DNA from: an uncultured delta proteobacterium
Lineage (GTDB): Bacteria; Myxococcota_A; Polyangia; Polyangiales; B10-G4
DNA: 64,000 bases
Direction of reading: 5' to 3'
Assembly (NCBI GenBank): GCA_963727445.1
Contig: CAVSGI010000020.1
Location: 672,001-736,000, forward strand
Part shown: positions 40,984 to 53,515 of the stretch, piece after piece
Position numbering within the stretch: position 1 is the first letter of the stretch
Layout: each line of letters opens with the position of its first letter
Made by a program: the position numbers and the translations under genes
The notes under the pieces: model-generated
What the model was told of the DNA's origin: nothing
The model's database searches: none
Seen by the model: only the letters and a program-made list of their open reading frames with translations

Positions 40984-41837
40984 CGCTCGTCTCCCTCGAC
41001 GGAATACTCCGCGACGATCTCCGCGATCGCGGCGTCGGCCGCCTCGCCGCGCGCCTGCTCCAGCCATCCGCGAAGGGCCACCTCGCGCACCTCCGACAGC
41101 GGGCGCATGCGCGCTGCCTCCCGCGCCGTCACTCGCACTGCGGAAAGACCGTAGCTGTTCTCGAAGGGGCCGGCCCACTCGCCTTCGGGGGCGGCGGTCA
41201 CGTCGGCCGCGAAGTCGACGCCCATCCGCGCGGCGATCTGTGCTTCGGTGGAGAGCGCGAAGGTGCGGCCCGCGATGAAGGGATTGCCGAGCGTCGCGCC
41301 GCTTTCAGGATCCGCCGCGAGCGCCGCCATCACGGCCGCGGCGTCGGCGGAGAGCGCATCGCCGTGCGCGTCACGGCTCAAAAAGACGTGCTCGAAGGCG
41401 ACCCGGGCAGGCGCGCGAAACTCGTCCGCGTGCGCCTCGATGAACGCGCGCAGCTCGTCGTCGCTCGGCTCGGGGACCTCGGCCGCGCCCTGCAGCACGA
41501 ACTCCATCTTCTGCACGAGCCGCCGGCGCACGATGGTGTCGCCGCGATCGAGCCCCAGCCGCAGCGCTTCACGATAGAGCGCTTCGTCCCGAACATAGCG
41601 GTCGACGAGCGCATCGAGCGCCTCGCCTTCGACGCGCTCGCCGAGGCGGCGGTACTGATCGGCCGCGAGGGCCTCGCGGAGGTGCTCCGTGACGACGATG
41701 GGCGCGCGGGTCTCTCCCTCGGGCGCGGGCCGGAGCACGCGCTGCCCCACGAAGAGGAGGACGCCGAGGACCACGAAGTGCAGGAGCGGCTCGCGGAGGA
41801 GCGAGCGGCGCGCGGGCGTCGGGTCGGCGTCGGCCAT
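40980..41837 (-). CDS. PpiC-type peptidyl-prolyl isomerase
   Basis: 'LREPLLHF','LYREALRLGLDRGDTIVRRRLVQKM','WAGPFENSYG'. Confidence 0.9.
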   Translation of the reverse strand: MADADPTPARRSLLREPLLHFVVLGVLLFVGQRVLRPAPEGETRAPIVVTEHLREALAADQYRRLGERVEGEALDALVDRYVRDEALYREALRLGLDRGDTIVRRRLVQKMEFVLQGAAEVPEPSDDELRAFIEAHADEFRAPARVAFEHVFLSRDAHGDALSADAAAVMAALAADPESGATLGNPFIAGRTFALSTEAQIAARMGVDFAADVTAAPEGEWAGPFENSYGLSAVRVTAREAARMRPLSEVREVALRGWLEQARGEAADAAIAEIVAEYSVEGDER

Positions 41838-41864
41838 GGACGCCCGGAGCTTAGCGAACTTGCC

Positions 41865-42506
41865 TCAGAGCTCGAAGCGACCGCCGAAGCGAAGGAGGAT
41901 GGCCCCGGACCAGCGCGCGGGGGCGACGTCGTCGGATACGGCCCACAGGCCCCGGCCGCGCAGGACGATGCCGGCGAAGAGGCCCTCCTGCCGGGATTCG
42001 AAGACGTGGTCGATGGCGAGGCTGGCCACGCCGCCGAAGACGAAGGAGTCGTGCGCGTCGTAGCCGTCGCCGATGGCCGCCTCTTCCGGCGGGCAGTCGT
42101 TGGGGCAGCGCGAGTCGTAGGAGGCGTCGCTCATGCCGACGGTGGGGCCGACGTCGAGGGTGAGGACCTCCGAGTCGAGGAAGGAGAAGCGCTTTTCGAG
42201 CGTCGGCGAGAACGAGAAATTGAAGAAGCCCGGGCTGCCTTCGCCCTTGATGTCGAAGGCCCAGCCGAAGCCCAGACCGAGGCCCCAACCGTCCGGATTG
42301 GTGAAGCTCAGGCCGAGGGAGGTCGCGACGCCCGCGCGGCTGTCGATGCCGGTGGGTCCGCCGGGCGCGCCGCCGATGCGTGCGCCGTACGCAACGTCGA
42401 GACCCATGAACCAATCGTCCTGGGCGGCGGCGTGACCGGGTGCGACCACCACGGCGAGGACGATCAGGGCGAGGGCGGCGAGCACCTTTTCGGCGTGGTG
42501 CATCAT
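41865..42506 (-). CDS. putative outer-membrane beta-barrel protein
   Basis: Signal peptide ending AAA-Q; amphipathic strands; C-terminal 'FGGRFEL'. Confidence 0.7.
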   Translation of the reverse strand: MMHHAEKVLAALALIVLAVVVAPGHAAAQDDWFMGLDVAYGARIGGAPGGPTGIDSRAGVATSLGLSFTNPDGWGLGLGFGWAFDIKGEGSPGFFNFSFSPTLEKRFSFLDSEVLTLDVGPTVGMSDASYDSRCPNDCPPEEAAIGDGYDAHDSFVFGGVASLAIDHVFESRQEGLFAGIVLRGRGLWAVSDDVAPARWSGAILLRFGGRFEL

Positions 42507-43438
42507 CGGACGAATGCTCCGAGGCTCAGGGTCACGAGACCTTCGATCCCCTCGTCGTCGACGCGCTCGATGGCGCCGGCGCTGAGGCGGATCTCGGCGC
42601 CCGCGGAGGAGGAGAAGTAGAGACGCACCGGCATGTTCCAGCGCGCGTAGAAACCGGGGGAGGCGTCCTGGCGGAAGCTCGCGCCCATCTCGGGTAGCAG
42701 CAGCGACAAGAGCGTCGGCACGCCCCACGCCGTCCCCTCGACGCGGTTTTCGAGCTCGAGGGCGGCGCCCACGAGGGCCACGTCGCCCGTGCCCTGCTGG
42801 GAGAGGTTCGTGAGGTAGTCGCCGCGAACGACGAGGCGATTGCGATCGCCGAAGAAGAACGTCTCCCAGAGCTTCGTGCTGCTCGAGCCGTAGCGATCCT
42901 CGCCGCGCGCGAAGAGCGACATGCCGATGGAGCCGGTCGCCCCGACCAGGGCGCCCCCGCCGCCTCCCAGCGTGCCGGCGCTACCGAGGACGGAGACGTG
43001 AAAGAAGAGCCCTTCGCTGTCGTCGCCGTCGTCATCCCGCTCGGGGTGCGCGCCGAAGTAGCCCGAGAGCGCCTGGAGCTCGGGGTCGTAGCGCATCGCT
43101 TCGACCTCTTCCTCGAAGCCGTCTCTCGTGGTGGGCCAGCTTGAGACGTCGCCGATGTCGGCGTCGAGCTCCATCCGATAGCCGTAGCCCGGGCACGCCG
43201 GCGGCTGGCAGACCTCGCGCGTGGCGACGGCGGCGCAGCGCATGCCCGAACAGACGGAGACCGCGACCTGGTCGGGCTGCCAGGCCACGTCGTCTTCGAG
43301 GAGCACCGCGGGTCGGTCGTGGTCGAGCGCCATCGATCGCGCGCGGCGCGGGTGCGGCGCTTGCGCCGCCGCCGTGCTCACCCACAAGACGAAGAGCATC
43401 GAGAGCCCCGAAGCCATCCCCAAGCGATCCACGGCCAT
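42503..43438 (-). CDS. exported protein, probable beta-barrel with small Cys N-domain
   Basis: Signal peptide; beta-strand pattern; ATGA overlap with the next gene. Confidence 0.65.
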   Translation of the reverse strand: MAVDRLGMASGLSMLFVLWVSTAAAQAPHPRRARSMALDHDRPAVLLEDDVAWQPDQVAVSVCSGMRCAAVATREVCQPPACPGYGYRMELDADIGDVSSWPTTRDGFEEEVEAMRYDPELQALSGYFGAHPERDDDGDDSEGLFFHVSVLGSAGTLGGGGGALVGATGSIGMSLFARGEDRYGSSSTKLWETFFFGDRNRLVVRGDYLTNLSQQGTGDVALVGAALELENRVEGTAWGVPTLLSLLLPEMGASFRQDASPGFYARWNMPVRLYFSSSAGAEIRLSAGAIERVDDEGIEGLVTLSLGAFVR

Positions 43439-43527
43439 GAGAGACGGCCCACCTCCGCCAAGGTTCTGGCGGCCGCGCAGATTTTCGTATCTCGCCGAAA
43501 ACGGAGCGAACCTCTACCCTTTTGCCC

Positions 43528-44061
43528 ATGCGCATCCAGAGCGAATCGGTCGTCACCCATCCGCGCGAGGCCGTCTACGGCGCGTATCGGGATCGCCTCC
43601 CGGAGATCGCGGAGTACATCCCCGACGTGAAAGAGATCCGTGCCGAGTCCCGTGAGGAAAAGGACGGCGAGCTCCACATCCACAACGTGTGGGTCGGTGA
43701 CCGGGAGATCCCCACCTTCGCGCGCGCGTTCCTCAAGCCCGAGATGCTCGAGTGGGACGACTACGCCCGCTGGTCCGACGAGGACAGCGCCGTGCGCTGG
43801 GAGCTCAAGCTCCGCGTCTTCCGGGACAGCATGACCTGCAGCGGCATCAACACCTTCGTCACCCACCGAGAGGACGCGACCAAGGTCGTGATCGACGGCG
43901 ATCTCGACATCGACCTGAAATCGATCCCTGGCGTCCCCAAGATGCTGGCGAAAGGGCTCAAGCCGCGGGTGGAGAAGTTCATCATTTCGCTGATCACCCC
44001 GAATCTGGAGCAGATGAACGTCAGCCTGCAGCGTTACCTCGACGATCACGCGAAGTCGTGA
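43528..44061 (+). CDS. START/SRPBCC-like (DUF2505-like) protein
   Basis: '[16 protein letters not shown]','LEWDDYARW', C-terminal helix. Confidence 0.75.
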   Translation: MRIQSESVVTHPREAVYGAYRDRLPEIAEYIPDVKEIRAESREEKDGELHIHNVWVGDREIPTFARAFLKPEMLEWDDYARWSDEDSAVRWELKLRVFRDSMTCSGINTFVTHREDATKVVIDGDLDIDLKSIPGVPKMLAKGLKPRVEKFIISLITPNLEQMNVSLQRYLDDHAKS

Positions 44062-44078
44062 TGCGGTAGACTTCCCGC

Positions 44079-44744
44079 GTGGAGGAGGTGCTCAGATTTC
44101 TCGAGCTCTGCGCGGCCGAGCTCGACGCGGTCGACGCGAAGCTCGAGATCGGGGGCGAGGACCCCGACGATCCGCACTTCGTGTGGCACCTGACCGAGGA
44201 CGGTTTTCGGCTCGTGGTTCGCTTCGACGATCCGCCGCCGGACCCGGAGGCGGCGCGAGACAAGCTCGCGCGCTTCGCAGCCACCTTCGACGAGATCCCG
44301 CGCGAGGCCCGGCTTCGGCTGCCGCGGGCGGCCGTCCCCTCGGTGCGCGAGCAGCTCCACGAGCTCCTCGCCGCGCTCAAGGCGCGCGCGGGTGCGGAGC
44401 GGGCGGTGGTGATCGACGATTCGAGCCCCGTGATCTTCGGCGACTCCGAAGAGACACCGGCGGACGTCTCCGCGGACGCCGCTGCGCGCCTCGACGCGGC
44501 CATGGAGGCCGTACAGGCGCACGGTCCCGAGCGCCGCTGCATCCGCGACGGCGACCCGCCGCACCTGAGCCGACCCTTCGCCGCCACCTACCGGGTGGTG
44601 CTCGTGTTCAAGGCGCCCTTTTCCGAGATCCGCGCCGACGGGCACCTCGTCCGGGCGCTGCCCGTCATCGAGAAGAAGACCCTGGCCCTGCCACCCCTCG
44701 ACCCGAAGGGCGGGGCCAAGGTGAGGCTCCTTCGCCCGAGCTGA
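44079..44744 (+). CDS. myxobacterial hypothetical protein
   Basis: GC3-biased ORF ending '[17 protein letters not shown]'; TAGACT 6 nt upstream. Confidence 0.7.
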   Translation: MEEVLRFLELCAAELDAVDAKLEIGGEDPDDPHFVWHLTEDGFRLVVRFDDPPPDPEAARDKLARFAATFDEIPREARLRLPRAAVPSVREQLHELLAALKARAGAERAVVIDDSSPVIFGDSEETPADVSADAAARLDAAMEAVQAHGPERRCIRDGDPPHLSRPFAATYRVVLVFKAPFSEIRADGHLVRALPVIEKKTLALPPLDPKGGAKVRLLRPS

Positions 44745-44767
44745 GCTTCGTGCTACCAAGCCTCGCC

Positions 44768-46171
<1,404 letters not shown>

Positions 46172-46176
46172 GCGCG

Positions 46177-46995
46177 ATGCCGCGTCTCGAAGTCGATGGC
46201 CAGACGATCGACTACGCGGACCAGGCGGGCCAGGACCCTGCGCTCGTCCTGATCCACAGCTCGGGCCTGAACAACCGGCAGTGGGGTGCGCTGCGCCTGG
46301 GCTTCGCGGGGGACAACCGCATCCTCGCGCCGAACCTCCTCGGTTACGGAGCGACCGGGCCGTGGCCCGGCGCGGCGCCCTTCACCATGGACGACGACGT
46401 CGCGGTGGTGCGTGCGGTGGTGGAGCTCGCCGAGACGCCGGTGGTGCTGGTCGGCCACAGCTACGGCGGCTACCTCGCGATGCGCGTGGGGCTGGCGCTC
46501 CCCGAGCGCGTTCGCGCCATCGTCGTGCACGAGCCCGTCATCTGGGGCGTGCTGCACGACGTTGGAGACGACGAGGTCATCGCCGAGATCGAGCGCGCCA
46601 ACGCGGACGGGCTCTTCCTGTCGGAGGAGCTGGGCGGCAAGGAGCAGTGGTGGCGTCGCTTCGTCGAGATCTGGGGCGGCGAAGGCGCGTGGGACGCGCT
46701 GCCGGTCGAACGTCGAAAGGCGTTTCTCGCCGTGGGGCCGAAGGTGTTTCGCGAGGTGCGCGAGCTCTTCCTCGATCGCACGCCGATCCGAACCTGGGCC
46801 GGGCTCAGCATGCCCTTGACGATCAGCGTCGGCGCCGGGACCCAGCCGCTGGAGGTCGACGCGTGCCGTGCGGTGAGCGATGCGCTCCCGGGCGCGCGCC
46901 TGCTCGACGTTCCAGGTGGTCACATGGCGCCGCTCACCGCTCCGGCTCCATTCTGCCGGCTTCTCGAGGACGCGATCGCGCGAGTAGAGACGTAG
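46177..46995 (+). CDS. alpha/beta hydrolase
   Basis: 'LVGHSYGG','GGHMAPL'. Confidence 0.92.
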   Translation: MPRLEVDGQTIDYADQAGQDPALVLIHSSGLNNRQWGALRLGFAGDNRILAPNLLGYGATGPWPGAAPFTMDDDVAVVRAVVELAETPVVLVGHSYGGYLAMRVGLALPERVRAIVVHEPVIWGVLHDVGDDEVIAEIERANADGLFLSEELGGKEQWWRRFVEIWGGEGAWDALPVERRKAFLAVGPKVFREVRELFLDRTPIRTWAGLSMPLTISVGAGTQPLEVDACRAVSDALPGARLLDVPGGHMAPLTAPAPFCRLLEDAIARVET

Positions 46996-47013
46996 CGGAG
47001 TAGGATCGCCGCC

Positions 47014-48480
47014 ATGGAGCGCGAGAGGTGGCTCGAGGCCGGATGGACGCGCGTGGTCACCGTCGTGGTCTCGCTCCTCGTCGTCTGGTCCGGCGAATTC
47101 CTCGTCGCGCTGGTCGGCGGAGGGCGGCTCACGAAGATCGACTTCGTCGTCGGGATCGCGGCGGCGGTCGTGTCGCTGGCGATGCTGGCCGCAGTATCGG
47201 GGCGGAAGCTCTCGCGCCGTCACTGGGTCGTCGTCGGCTTCACTTACATGCTCTCGCTGATGCTCTTGGCGGCCATCGGTCGCTACGACGTCACGCCCGT
47301 CGTCGGTCGGGGATGGGCTCCCGTCACCATCCTCATCGTCGTCTTCCCGGTGATGTTTCCAGCCACGCCCTGGACCGCGGCGCTCTTCGGCCTGTCGAGC
47401 CTCGTGGTGGACGTGATCGTCGCCCGGCTGTCGCAGCAGCTGCCGGGGGATCTCTCGATCCTCATCGGGCGCTACCACGGATTTCTTCTGGGGACGCTGC
47501 TCTCGGTGGCGCTCGCCTACATCGTTCACCGCCTGGGGCAGACCGAGCTCGAAGCCAAGAGCCTCGGTAGCTACACGCTCGTCGAGAAGCTGGGTGAAGG
47601 CGGAATGGGCGAGGTGTGGCGCGCCAGGCACGCGTTCCTCAAGCGGGGTGCCGCCGTCAAGCTCATCAGCCCCAAGCGCATTCGGGACTCGCATTCGCGT
47701 GAGGCCTATCGCCAGCGCTTCGAGCGCGAGGTGCAGTCCATCTCGCGGCTCCGCTCTCCCTACACGGTGGAGATCTTCGACTACGGCCAGCGGGAGGACG
47801 GTGTCCTTTGGTACGCGATGGAGCTCGTCGACGGGGTCGACCTGGTGGAGCTCACGTTTCGCAATCGGCCGCTGCCGGTCGAGCGCGCGATCTTCATCCT
47901 GCAGCAGGTCTGCTACTCGCTCCAGGAGGCGCACGAGCACGGGCTCGTCCATCGGGACGTCAAACCCAACAACGTGATGGTCGGCCGCATGGGGGTCGAG
48001 TACGACTTCGTGAAGGTGCTCGACTTCGGTCTGGTCAAGACGCAGCGCGAAGAGGACCTCACGGTCACCCACCAGGGGGCGACTCCCGGGACGCCTGGCT
48101 TCATGGCGCCTGAACAGATCCTGACGCCCACCCGGGTCGACGCGCGCGCCGACGTGTACGGCGTCGGCTGCCTCGCATACTTCATGGTGACCGGGCGTCT
48201 CGTCTTCGAAGCCGACGATTGGGAGCGGGTGAAGTCGATGCACGTGCACGAGCCGGTGTCGCCGCCATCGTCGCGCACCGAGTTCGACGTGCCTGCCGAG
48301 ATGGACGCGCTGATCCTCAAGTGCCTCGCGAAGGCGCCCGACCACCGCTACCAGACCATCGCCGAGGTGGCGCAGGCGCTCGGCGAAGTGCCCACCGAGG
48401 AGTCGTGGACGCGCCAGCGCGCCCGCTCCGCCTGGGAGGCCCACCCCTTCAAGAGCGGGGATTGGACCCAGACCGACTGA
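47014..48480 (+). CDS. Ser/Thr kinase with N-terminal multi-TM sensor
   Basis: About 6 TM segments; GEGGMGEVW, AVK, HRDVKPNN, DFG, GTPGFMAPE. Confidence 0.96.
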   Translation: MERERWLEAGWTRVVTVVVSLLVVWSGEFLVALVGGGRLTKIDFVVGIAAAVVSLAMLAAVSGRKLSRRHWVVVGFTYMLSLMLLAAIGRYDVTPVVGRGWAPVTILIVVFPVMFPATPWTAALFGLSSLVVDVIVARLSQQLPGDLSILIGRYHGFLLGTLLSVALAYIVHRLGQTELEAKSLGSYTLVEKLGEGGMGEVWRARHAFLKRGAAVKLISPKRIRDSHSREAYRQRFEREVQSISRLRSPYTVEIFDYGQREDGVLWYAMELVDGVDLVELTFRNRPLPVERAIFILQQVCYSLQEAHEHGLVHRDVKPNNVMVGRMGVEYDFVKVLDFGLVKTQREEDLTVTHQGATPGTPGFMAPEQILTPTRVDARADVYGVGCLAYFMVTGRLVFEADDWERVKSMHVHEPVSPPSSRTEFDVPAEMDALILKCLAKAPDHRYQTIAEVAQALGEVPTEESWTRQRARSAWEAHPFKSGDWTQTD

Positions 48481-48592
48481 CCCGAGCACGCGCGACGCGA
48501 CGCGTCAAAAGCTCAAACTTCTCGCGGACTCACATCTCGCCTTGACCCACGGCGACAACCCACGTATTTGGTCCTACCAGTTGGTAGGACCA

Positions 48593-49660
48593 ATGGGAAT
48601 TCGAGGGTTCATCGCGACGCTCCTGCTCGTCGCCATCGGCTGCGCGGCCGATGAGCCGCCGCCCGGCATCGACGAAAAGGGCCCGTTCAACGTCGGCTAC
48701 CGCCGCTTCGAGATCGACTACGAGCCGGCCGGGCAGGGGATCACCCGCACCATCCCCATCAACATCTGGTACCCGACCAACGACAGCGAGGGGATGCGCG
48801 TCACCTACGCAGGTCTCTTCATCGACGACGAGTCCTGGATGGACGCGAGCCTCGCGCCGCCCGTCGATCCTTCCGGCTATCCGGTGCACGTCTATTCGCA
48901 CGGCCATCGCGGCTTCGGTGGGACGAGCGCCACGCTCATGCGTCACTTCGCCTCCCACGGGTGGGTCGCGGTCGCGCCCGACCACATCGGCAACACCTTC
49001 GGCGACTTCATCGATCCACGGCCGACCAACATCTACTTCCTCCGCTCGATGGACATCAGCGCCGCCCTCGACGCGGTGGAGAATCTTCCCTCCGACGATC
49101 CCCTCGCCGGCAAGCTCCGCACCGAGCGCGTGCTGATGAGCGGGCACAGCTTCGGCACCGAGACCACCTGGGCCTCGGCAGGTGCGACCTACGACGTCGC
49201 GCGCATTCGCGAGCGCTGTGACGCCGGGGAGATTGAGTGCACCGACGTCGAGCTCGCCGCCTTCGAGGCGGGCGTGCGCGATCCGCGCGTGGTCGCCGCC
49301 ATCGGGATGGCGGGCTCGATCAAGAAGGACTGGTGCGGGGACGACGGATGGATGTCGGTGGACATCCCGTTCTTTTCGATGAGCGGCAGCCTCGACCCGG
49401 TCGGCGCGGACGAGCAGTTCGCCATGGTCTCGGGGATGGACTTCACCTGGATCGACATCGAGGGCGGCTGTCATCAGACCTTCGCCCTCGGCGGCTGCGA
49501 CGACCTCTCCGACGAGCTGGGCTTTCCCATCGTGAACGAGTACGCCCTGGCTTTCGGCCTGCACCACGTCCTCGGCGACGAGACCCCGGACGTGATGAGC
49601 GCGCTCGACGGAAGCCGCGAGGTCTCTCCCCTGGTCACCTTCATGAGAAAGGAGCCGTGA
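48593..49660 (+). CDS. lipoprotein alpha/beta hydrolase (PAF-AH/chlorophyllase-like)
   Basis: Lipobox AIGC; 'YSHG','FASHGWVAVAPDH','GHSFG'. Confidence 0.88.
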   Translation: MGIRGFIATLLLVAIGCAADEPPPGIDEKGPFNVGYRRFEIDYEPAGQGITRTIPINIWYPTNDSEGMRVTYAGLFIDDESWMDASLAPPVDPSGYPVHVYSHGHRGFGGTSATLMRHFASHGWVAVAPDHIGNTFGDFIDPRPTNIYFLRSMDISAALDAVENLPSDDPLAGKLRTERVLMSGHSFGTETTWASAGATYDVARIRERCDAGEIECTDVELAAFEAGVRDPRVVAAIGMAGSIKKDWCGDDGWMSVDIPFFSMSGSLDPVGADEQFAMVSGMDFTWIDIEGGCHQTFALGGCDDLSDELGFPIVNEYALAFGLHHVLGDETPDVMSALDGSREVSPLVTFMRKEP

Positions 49661-49664
49661 GGCG

Positions 49665-51305
49665 ATGAAACGACTCCTCTACACGGCGCTGCTCCTGTTC
49701 CTCGGCGCCTGCGCCAACGAGAGCGGGGGGCCGGCGGGCGCACCGCCGGAGAACGACGAGACGCCCCCGCTGCCCGCGGCTCCCGCGGTGGACGCCGCCA
49801 TGGCCAACGTGCCGCGGCTGACCGGCGCGCAATACGAAAACGTGATCCACGACGTCTTCGGCGAGGACATCGTCGCTCCCTCGGCGCTCGAGCCGGACGT
49901 TCGCACCGAGGGGCTCGTGGCCATCGGCGCGGCGCAGACCTCGATCAGCCCGCGCGGCGTCGAGCAGTACGAGAGCGCCGCCTTCGCCGTCGCCGAGCAG
50001 GTCTTCGCGGAGGATCGCGCGGCGGGGGTCACCGGGTGCACGCCCTCCGGCAGCCGTGACGACGCCTGCGCCGAAGCCTTTCTTCGCGAGACGGGTCAGA
50101 GGCTCTGGCGCCGCCCTCTCACCGATGAAGAGGCCGCGGAGGTCGTGAGCGTGGCGGGAGCGGCCGCCGACGTGCTCGGCGATTTCTACGAAGGTCTCAG
50201 CTTCGGTCTCGCCGCGCTCCTCGAGTCGCCCTACTTCGTGTTCCGCGTCGAGCTCGGCGAGCCCGACGGCGGTGACCTCGCCTACACGGACTACGAGATG
50301 GCGTCGCGCCTGTCGTTCTTCCTCTGGAACACGACGCCCGACGACGCGCTCCTCGACGCGGCCGCGGCGGGACGGCTCACCGAGGACGAGACGCTCCTCG
50401 CCGAGGTGGACCGCATGCTCGCCGACGACAAGGCGCGGCAGGGTCTGCGCGCCTTCATCACCGACATCTGGGAGCTCGACCGACTCGACGATCTGGTCAA
50501 GGACCCGACCATCTTCACCCAGGCGAGCCCCGAGCTCGGACCCTACGCGCGCGAGGAGACGCTCCGCGTCGTCGAGCATCTGGCCTTCGAGGAGGACGCG
50601 GACTTCCGCCGCATCTTCACCCTCGACTACACCTTCGCGAACCCCAAGCTCGCCGCGCTCTACATGGTCCCCGCCGCGGAGCCCGAGGGCTTCCACCAGG
50701 TGATCTTCCCTCCCGAGAGCCCCCGCCGGGGTCTGCTCGGTCACGCGAGCTTCCTCGCCCTCAACGCCCACGCGACCTCTTCGTCGGCGACGCTTCGCGG
50801 CAAGTTCGTGCGGGTCACCCTGTTGTGCGAAGAGATCCTGCCGCCCCCGGTGAACGTGGACACGTCCCTGCCCGAGCCCAGCGGCGAGACGCTCACCCTG
50901 CGCGAGCGCGTTCAGGAGCACCTGACCGACCCCTTCTGCGCTGGCTGCCATCGTCCCCTCGACACCATCGGCCTGGGCCTCGAGCAGTTCGACGGCATCG
51001 GGCGATTCCGGACCTCCGATCACGGCGGGCTCATCGATCCGAGCGGCGAGCTCGACGGGCAATACTTCGCCGACGCCATCGAGCTCGGGCAGCGCCTCGC
51101 GGACGACCCGCGGGTGCCCACCTGCCTCGCCGAGAACATGTACCGCTACGCCACACGGCGCGCGATCACCGACGGCGAAGCCGACAACCTCGCCTGGGTG
51201 AACGACTACTTCTCGGAGGCCGGCTACCGCATCGAGGCGCTGATGCGCGCCATCGTGATGAGCCCCGGTTTCCGCCGTGCCACGCCCCCCGCGGAGGTGG
51301 AGTGA
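49665..51305 (+). CDS. DUF1587/1595/1592/1588/1585 lipoprotein
   Basis: 'RLT..QYEN','SPYFVFRVE','ASRLSFFLW..PD','CAGCH..D..G','FDGIGRFR'. Confidence 0.93.
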   Translation: MKRLLYTALLLFLGACANESGGPAGAPPENDETPPLPAAPAVDAAMANVPRLTGAQYENVIHDVFGEDIVAPSALEPDVRTEGLVAIGAAQTSISPRGVEQYESAAFAVAEQVFAEDRAAGVTGCTPSGSRDDACAEAFLRETGQRLWRRPLTDEEAAEVVSVAGAAADVLGDFYEGLSFGLAALLESPYFVFRVELGEPDGGDLAYTDYEMASRLSFFLWNTTPDDALLDAAAAGRLTEDETLLAEVDRMLADDKARQGLRAFITDIWELDRLDDLVKDPTIFTQASPELGPYAREETLRVVEHLAFEEDADFRRIFTLDYTFANPKLAALYMVPAAEPEGFHQVIFPPESPRRGLLGHASFLALNAHATSSSATLRGKFVRVTLLCEEILPPPVNVDTSLPEPSGETLTLRERVQEHLTDPFCAGCHRPLDTIGLGLEQFDGIGRFRTSDHGGLIDPSGELDGQYFADAIELGQRLADDPRVPTCLAENMYRYATRRAITDGEADNLAWVNDYFSEAGYRIEALMRAIVMSPGFRRATPPAEVE

Positions 51306-52645
51306 TGACCCTCATCAAGAAGAAGCCGACGCTTCATCGGCGCACGATGCTCCGCGGCATGGTGGGCGGCTCCGCGGTCGCGGTGGGCCTGCCGCTGCTG
51401 AACATCTTTCTGAACGACCACGGCACTGCCATGGCCGACGGTGACGGGCTGCCCCGTCGCTTCGGGCTCTGGTACTGGGGCAACGGGGTGATCCCGCGGC
51501 GCTGGGTTCCGGATGGCGAAGGCCAGGGCTGGGAGCCCTCGGAGGAGCTCGAGCCGTTGCGCGCGCTTCGCGACAAGATCACGGTCGTCAGCGGCATGGG
51601 TGTCCTCGTGCCCAACGACATCGCGCACAAGTCGGGGCCGGCGGGGCTGTTGACCGGACGACCGGGCGTGCGCCGCGGAGACACGAGCCGCTTCGACGGA
51701 CCGACCCTGGACCAGGTGATCGCCGAGGCGGTCGGTGGTGAGACGCGCTTCCGTTCGCTCGAGGTCGGCATACAGCGCAGCGACGACGCGCTGTCCTTCA
51801 GCGGCGTCGACCAGCCCAACCCGCCGGAGCACTCGCCCCGCGGGCTCTACGAACGCATCTTCGGCACCGGCTTCCGCGTTCCTGGCGAGGACGGCATCGT
51901 CGATCCGCGCCTGGGTCTTCGCCGCAGCGTCCTCGACGTCGTCGGCGATCACGCCACGCGCCTGTCGTCGCGCCTCGGCGCCGAGGATCGGGCGCGCCTC
52001 GACCAGCATTTCACCGGCATCCGCGAGCTCGAGACCCGCATCCAGCGCCTCGAAGAGGACCCGCCGATGCTCGCCGCCTGCGCGCACCCCGACGAGCCCC
52101 TGGCCGACTATCCGGACATCGAGGGCCGCCCGCAGATGGACGAGATCAACGCCGTGATGAGCCAGCTCACCGCGATGGCCCTCGCCTGCGACCAGACGCG
52201 CGTCTTCAGCGTCCAGTACTCGCGCTCGCTGAACAACATCCTCTTCGGCGACGCGACCTCGGGCCATCACCAGCTCACCCACGACGAGCCGGGCGAGCAG
52301 CCGCAGGTGCATCAGATCGTGATCCAGATCGTGCGCAGCTACGGCGCGCTCCTCTCGGCGCTCGACGCGATCCCGGAAGGGAGCGGCACGCTCCTCGATC
52401 ACACGGTGGTGATGGGCACGACCGACACCTCCCTCGGCAAGTCGCACTCCATCAAGAACTACCCGATCCTCCTCGGCGGATCGCTCGGCGGCTATCTGAA
52501 GACCGGCTTCCACTACAAGAGCCGGACCGACGAGAACGCGAGCAAGGTGGTGCTGACGCTGCTCCAGGGCATGGGGCTCTTCCTCGAGGACTGGGGCGCC
52601 GAAGGCGGCTACGTCTCGAGCGGTCTCGGAGCGATCGAGTCATGA
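51305..52645 (+). CDS. DUF1552 family protein (Tat)
   Basis: 'HRRTMLRG..VGLPLL','RRSVLD','ALACDQTRV','HHQLTH'. Confidence 0.92.
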   Translation: MTLIKKKPTLHRRTMLRGMVGGSAVAVGLPLLNIFLNDHGTAMADGDGLPRRFGLWYWGNGVIPRRWVPDGEGQGWEPSEELEPLRALRDKITVVSGMGVLVPNDIAHKSGPAGLLTGRPGVRRGDTSRFDGPTLDQVIAEAVGGETRFRSLEVGIQRSDDALSFSGVDQPNPPEHSPRGLYERIFGTGFRVPGEDGIVDPRLGLRRSVLDVVGDHATRLSSRLGAEDRARLDQHFTGIRELETRIQRLEEDPPMLAACAHPDEPLADYPDIEGRPQMDEINAVMSQLTAMALACDQTRVFSVQYSRSLNNILFGDATSGHHQLTHDEPGEQPQVHQIVIQIVRSYGALLSALDAIPEGSGTLLDHTVVMGTTDTSLGKSHSIKNYPILLGGSLGGYLKTGFHYKSRTDENASKVVLTLLQGMGLFLEDWGAEGGYVSSGLGAIES

Positions 52646-53515
52646 GGGCGCTCTTCACCCTCGCGCTCGCCCTGTTCGTGGGCAGCTTCGTCGCCGGCTG
52701 TCAGGGCGGTGAGGTCTATTCCCCGGACGAGAGCAGCCCCAGCCGATGCGAAGGGGATGTGCGCTACTTCGTGGTGCGCGAGCTGACCTTCGAGGTCGAA
52801 GAGGAGCCGGGGATCTCTGCGGGCATGAACCTCGACGGCATCACCAGTGACGACACCGACCCCCGCGGCTGCCGCAAGAACGACTACACGAGCCCCCATG
52901 GACAGGAGGGCATCGACAACCAGCTTGGTTTCCTGGTGCCCCTCGTCGAGCAGACGCTGGGCAACGTCATCACCGGCACGGTGCAGTCGTCAATCAACGA
53001 GGGCTCGCTCCTCGTGGTGATCGGCCTGACCGGCCTCGACGGCGGGCCCCAGGACGACTGCGTGGGGCTGAGCGTGGAGCGCGGCGGCGGCACGCCCCTC
53101 ATCGGCACCGACGGGTACATCGAGCCCTGGCAGACCTTCGAGCTCCAGGGCGAGGGAGGGCGCAACTACGCGCCCGACGTCCAGATGTCGGAGGACATCC
53201 TCTTGTCCGGCCCCTTCCAGTTCCAACTCGACCTGACCATTCAGGGCAACGACTTCCACTTCGAGATGAAGAACAGCTGGGCGCGGCTGGACATGAACGC
53301 CGACGGCGACGTGATCAGCGGCGAGATCGCCGGCGGCATCGACGTCCCGGCGCTCTCCAACACGCTCATGAACGTCGAGGCGGGGGACTTCGCGACGCTG
53401 GTCGTTCCGCTGCTGCGCTCCGAGGCGGACCTGGCGCCCAACGAAGACGGGCGCTGCCAGCAGAATCTCCACGGCCTTCCGCTTCACCGCGGTCCCGGGG
53501 TTCGTCTTTCGATGA
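52642..53515 (+). CDS. lipoprotein; one-base insertion at about 53464 fuses it artificially to the next gene
   Basis: Lipobox VAGC; 'GMNLDG','GIDNQLG'; corrected end 'QQISTAFRFTAVPGFVFR*' with ATGA overlap at 53512-53515. Confidence 0.75.
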